NCBI RefSeq assembly: GCF_000315625.1 | Contig: NW_005434624.1 | Coordinates: 389,100 to 453,099 of the forward strand | Direction: 5' to 3' | Length of the DNA: 64,000 nt | Origin: Guillardia theta CCMP2712 | Taxonomy: Eukaryota; Protista; Cryptophyta | Shown: in pieces, positions 61,901-64,000 of the stretch | How positions within the stretch are numbered: position 1 is the first letter of the stretch | Layout of the letters: every line of letters begins with the position of its first letter | The notes under the pieces: generated by a model | What the model was told of the DNA's origin: nothing | What the model saw: only the letters and a program-made list of their open reading frames with translations | The model's database searches: none | Translations under genes and position numbers: made by a program

Positions 61901-64000
61901 AGAGAGCGAGAGATTATCCGCTCGATGCAGGATGAGATCAAGGAGGATGGCCTCCTCGAGGTGCGTTAAGATGTTCCCATACACTCTCTTCCTCCTCCTT
62001 TCTCACCTTTTCTATTTTCTCTCCTCTCCTAGACCTGCCTTCTCCTCCCCTCCTCTTCTTGCTTCGTTTCTCCTCTCCCCTCTCTTACATCTACCAACCC
62101 CTTCCAGTCCTCCCCCACCATACTGGCCGTTGCATGATCGCTGCGCCAGGTTCGGCTGGACGAGACGTCGAGAGAGGTCGAGCGGCTCAAGAAGGTCAAC
62201 GCGGAGCTGCGGGAGAGGCTCGAGGAGGCGCCAGGAACGAAACTGGAGGCAGAGGCCGCGGCCCTCCGCGCGCAGGTGGAGACGCAGGAGAAAGACCTTG
62301 AGCAGACCCGCACGCAGCTGAAGGAGCTGAGGGAGGCGGAGAAGAAACGCTCTGAGAGGATGCTCTCGGCGCTTGGACAGGTTCCTTCCTCCTCCACTGA
62401 CATGAAGTTTCTCTCTTGCCCTTCCCTTACTGCCCTTACTGCCCCTCGTGCTCTTCCTGCTCCTCCCCCATCCTGCATATCACTTCCACTCTTACTACCT
62501 CTGCTCGCACTCTCCTCATCCTCCTCTTCCAGGGCTCTGAGAGCGGGCTCGCCAAGGACCTGAACGAGCTGCTGAGCATGAAGCTGGAGAAGAGCTCCTT
62601 CGACTCGGCGCTGAGGGAGGCGCAGGAGGACGCGGCAGCTGCTCGTCTTGCCCTAGAGGACGCGAACGTTCTGCACGAGCAGCACCTGGCGATGGTGCAC
62701 GCGGCAGCAGCAAAGCGGGAGGGAGAGCTGGAGGCGGAGAAGGGGGAGCTGCAAGGAGAAATCGACAGGCTGATGAAGAGCCTTGAGGAGAAGTCGGGCG
62801 AGCTTGCAGCTGCTGAGGAGAGAGCAAACAAGGTGTGTTCTGCATGCCGCATTGACAACATCCTCGCTTCTTCAAATGCTCACCGCTCTTTCCTCTCCCA
62901 ACTCCTTCCTCCTCTTCCTCCCCTCTTCTCTCCCTCCTTCTTTCCCTCCCTTGCGACGTCTTACAGTGCCTCAGGCTGAAAACCAGCTGTCACTCCTGCG
63001 GTCAAGGATCGCGAGCCTCGAGGAAGACCTCAAGAAGGAGCAGCAGAGGAGGAGGGACGAGATCGACGAGCTCCACCGGTCGAAGGAGCTCGCGGTCGAA
63101 GAGCTGGAGGCCCGTCAGCGGGAGCTTACCGACGCAGTGGAGGAGGTGAAGGAGCAAGGATGAGAGCGGTGCCGTCTGACAGGCAGCTGCAGTGGAAGGG
63201 GGTTGCGGAGAGAGGAGACTATGGGACTGTTAAGCAGCTTCGGGAGGACCTGGACCAGCTCCGAGAGGTCGGTTCCTCCTGTTGCTTGTTGTGACTATCC
63301 ATCCTTGTTGCTCCTTGCTCTCCCTCGATCTCCTTCCGTCCCCTCACATGCCTCCTTCTCTCCCTCTACTCCCCCCGTCCTTTTCTGCTTCCTCTCTTCT
63401 CGAGACCCTCGTTGCTCATGATTCTCTACAGACGGCGGAAGAGGAGGTGGCGAACTTGACCATCCGCCTTCAAGATCTTGAATCTGCCAGAAGGAAAGAG
63501 GTCTCCTCTTTCTCTCACTTCTGCTCCTTTTGCTTTTGTACCTACGCTCTCTAGATCTCACGATCGTCTCTCCTCTTGTCTTGATCTTTCAGCTGTCCTG
63601 ATCTCCATGTTGTAGGTCGGCAAGCTACAGGCTTCCCTCACAGCCAAGCAGAACGAGATGAGCGCTACAACGACGAAACGTCAGTCTCTATCCTTCTCTT
63701 GCCGCATTGTAACCCTCAGGCCCCAGTGAAGCAGCAGGTGGACAGTTTAGAGCAGCGGGCCAAGGAGAAGGAGGCAAGCAGCGCGAGAGGAGAGGAGGGG
63801 GAGTGACAAGCTGAGCAGAACGCGAATCGACAACTTCAGCGTCAGGTCGCGACCTACGAGTCAGCACTGACCGAAGCAAATTCAGAGATCGAGGCACTAA
63901 GGGATAAGGTGCCCCCAACACCCATCAGCGCCACCACCGTTCCCTCCTCCCCTCCCTTCCTTCCTCCTGCCTTTCCGCCCTCCTCACATTCCCGTCAGGT
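58905..64000 (+). CDS. N-terminal PDZ domain + very long coiled-coil protein, truncated by window end
   Basis: PDZ: TIGLMLNGCVIDNMMPGSSS..GKIRPGDVIESVDG..VVELIRGSDVPGSKVELKL; then multiple E/K/A/Q-rich heptad exons separated by CT-rich introns. Confidence 0.8.

Noticed and set aside
1-64000. tRNA, rRNA or autonomous transposon genes
   Set aside because: No cloverleaf or rRNA signatures, and no transposase, reverse transcriptase or integrase motifs recognised by eye; a covariance-model scan was not possible.

Overview
This is gene-dense eukaryotic nuclear DNA. It has short GT-AG introns (about 45-60 nt, often with a CTGAC branch-like motif), many microsatellites, a 100-N gap, and GC-rich palindrome-laden intergenic islands. 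The style suggests a cryptophyte-like alga such as Guillardia, but that is an inference. About 17 protein-coding genes are supportable. I found no rRNA, tRNA, CRISPR array or autonomous transposon. The standout is a roughly 1367-aa minus-strand protein (28472-32675) built as [6TM + extracellular beta domain]-[RelA/SpoT-like synthetase] twice over. This is the M1-C1-M2-C2 layout of mammalian adenylyl cyclases, but with alarmone-synthetase-like catalytic domains, the first degenerate and the second motif-complete. It looks like a candidate receptor-type nucleotide second-messenger synthetase. Other notable items are a spliced HAP40/F8A1-like gene and a giant Sfi1-repeat protein fused to PDZ and a centrin/calmodulin-like lobe. 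There is also a cNMP-IQ-ZU5 protein and a family of conserved intergenic modules that recur, shuffled and in both orientations, upstream of unrelated genes. All gene models are manual and no database searches were run.
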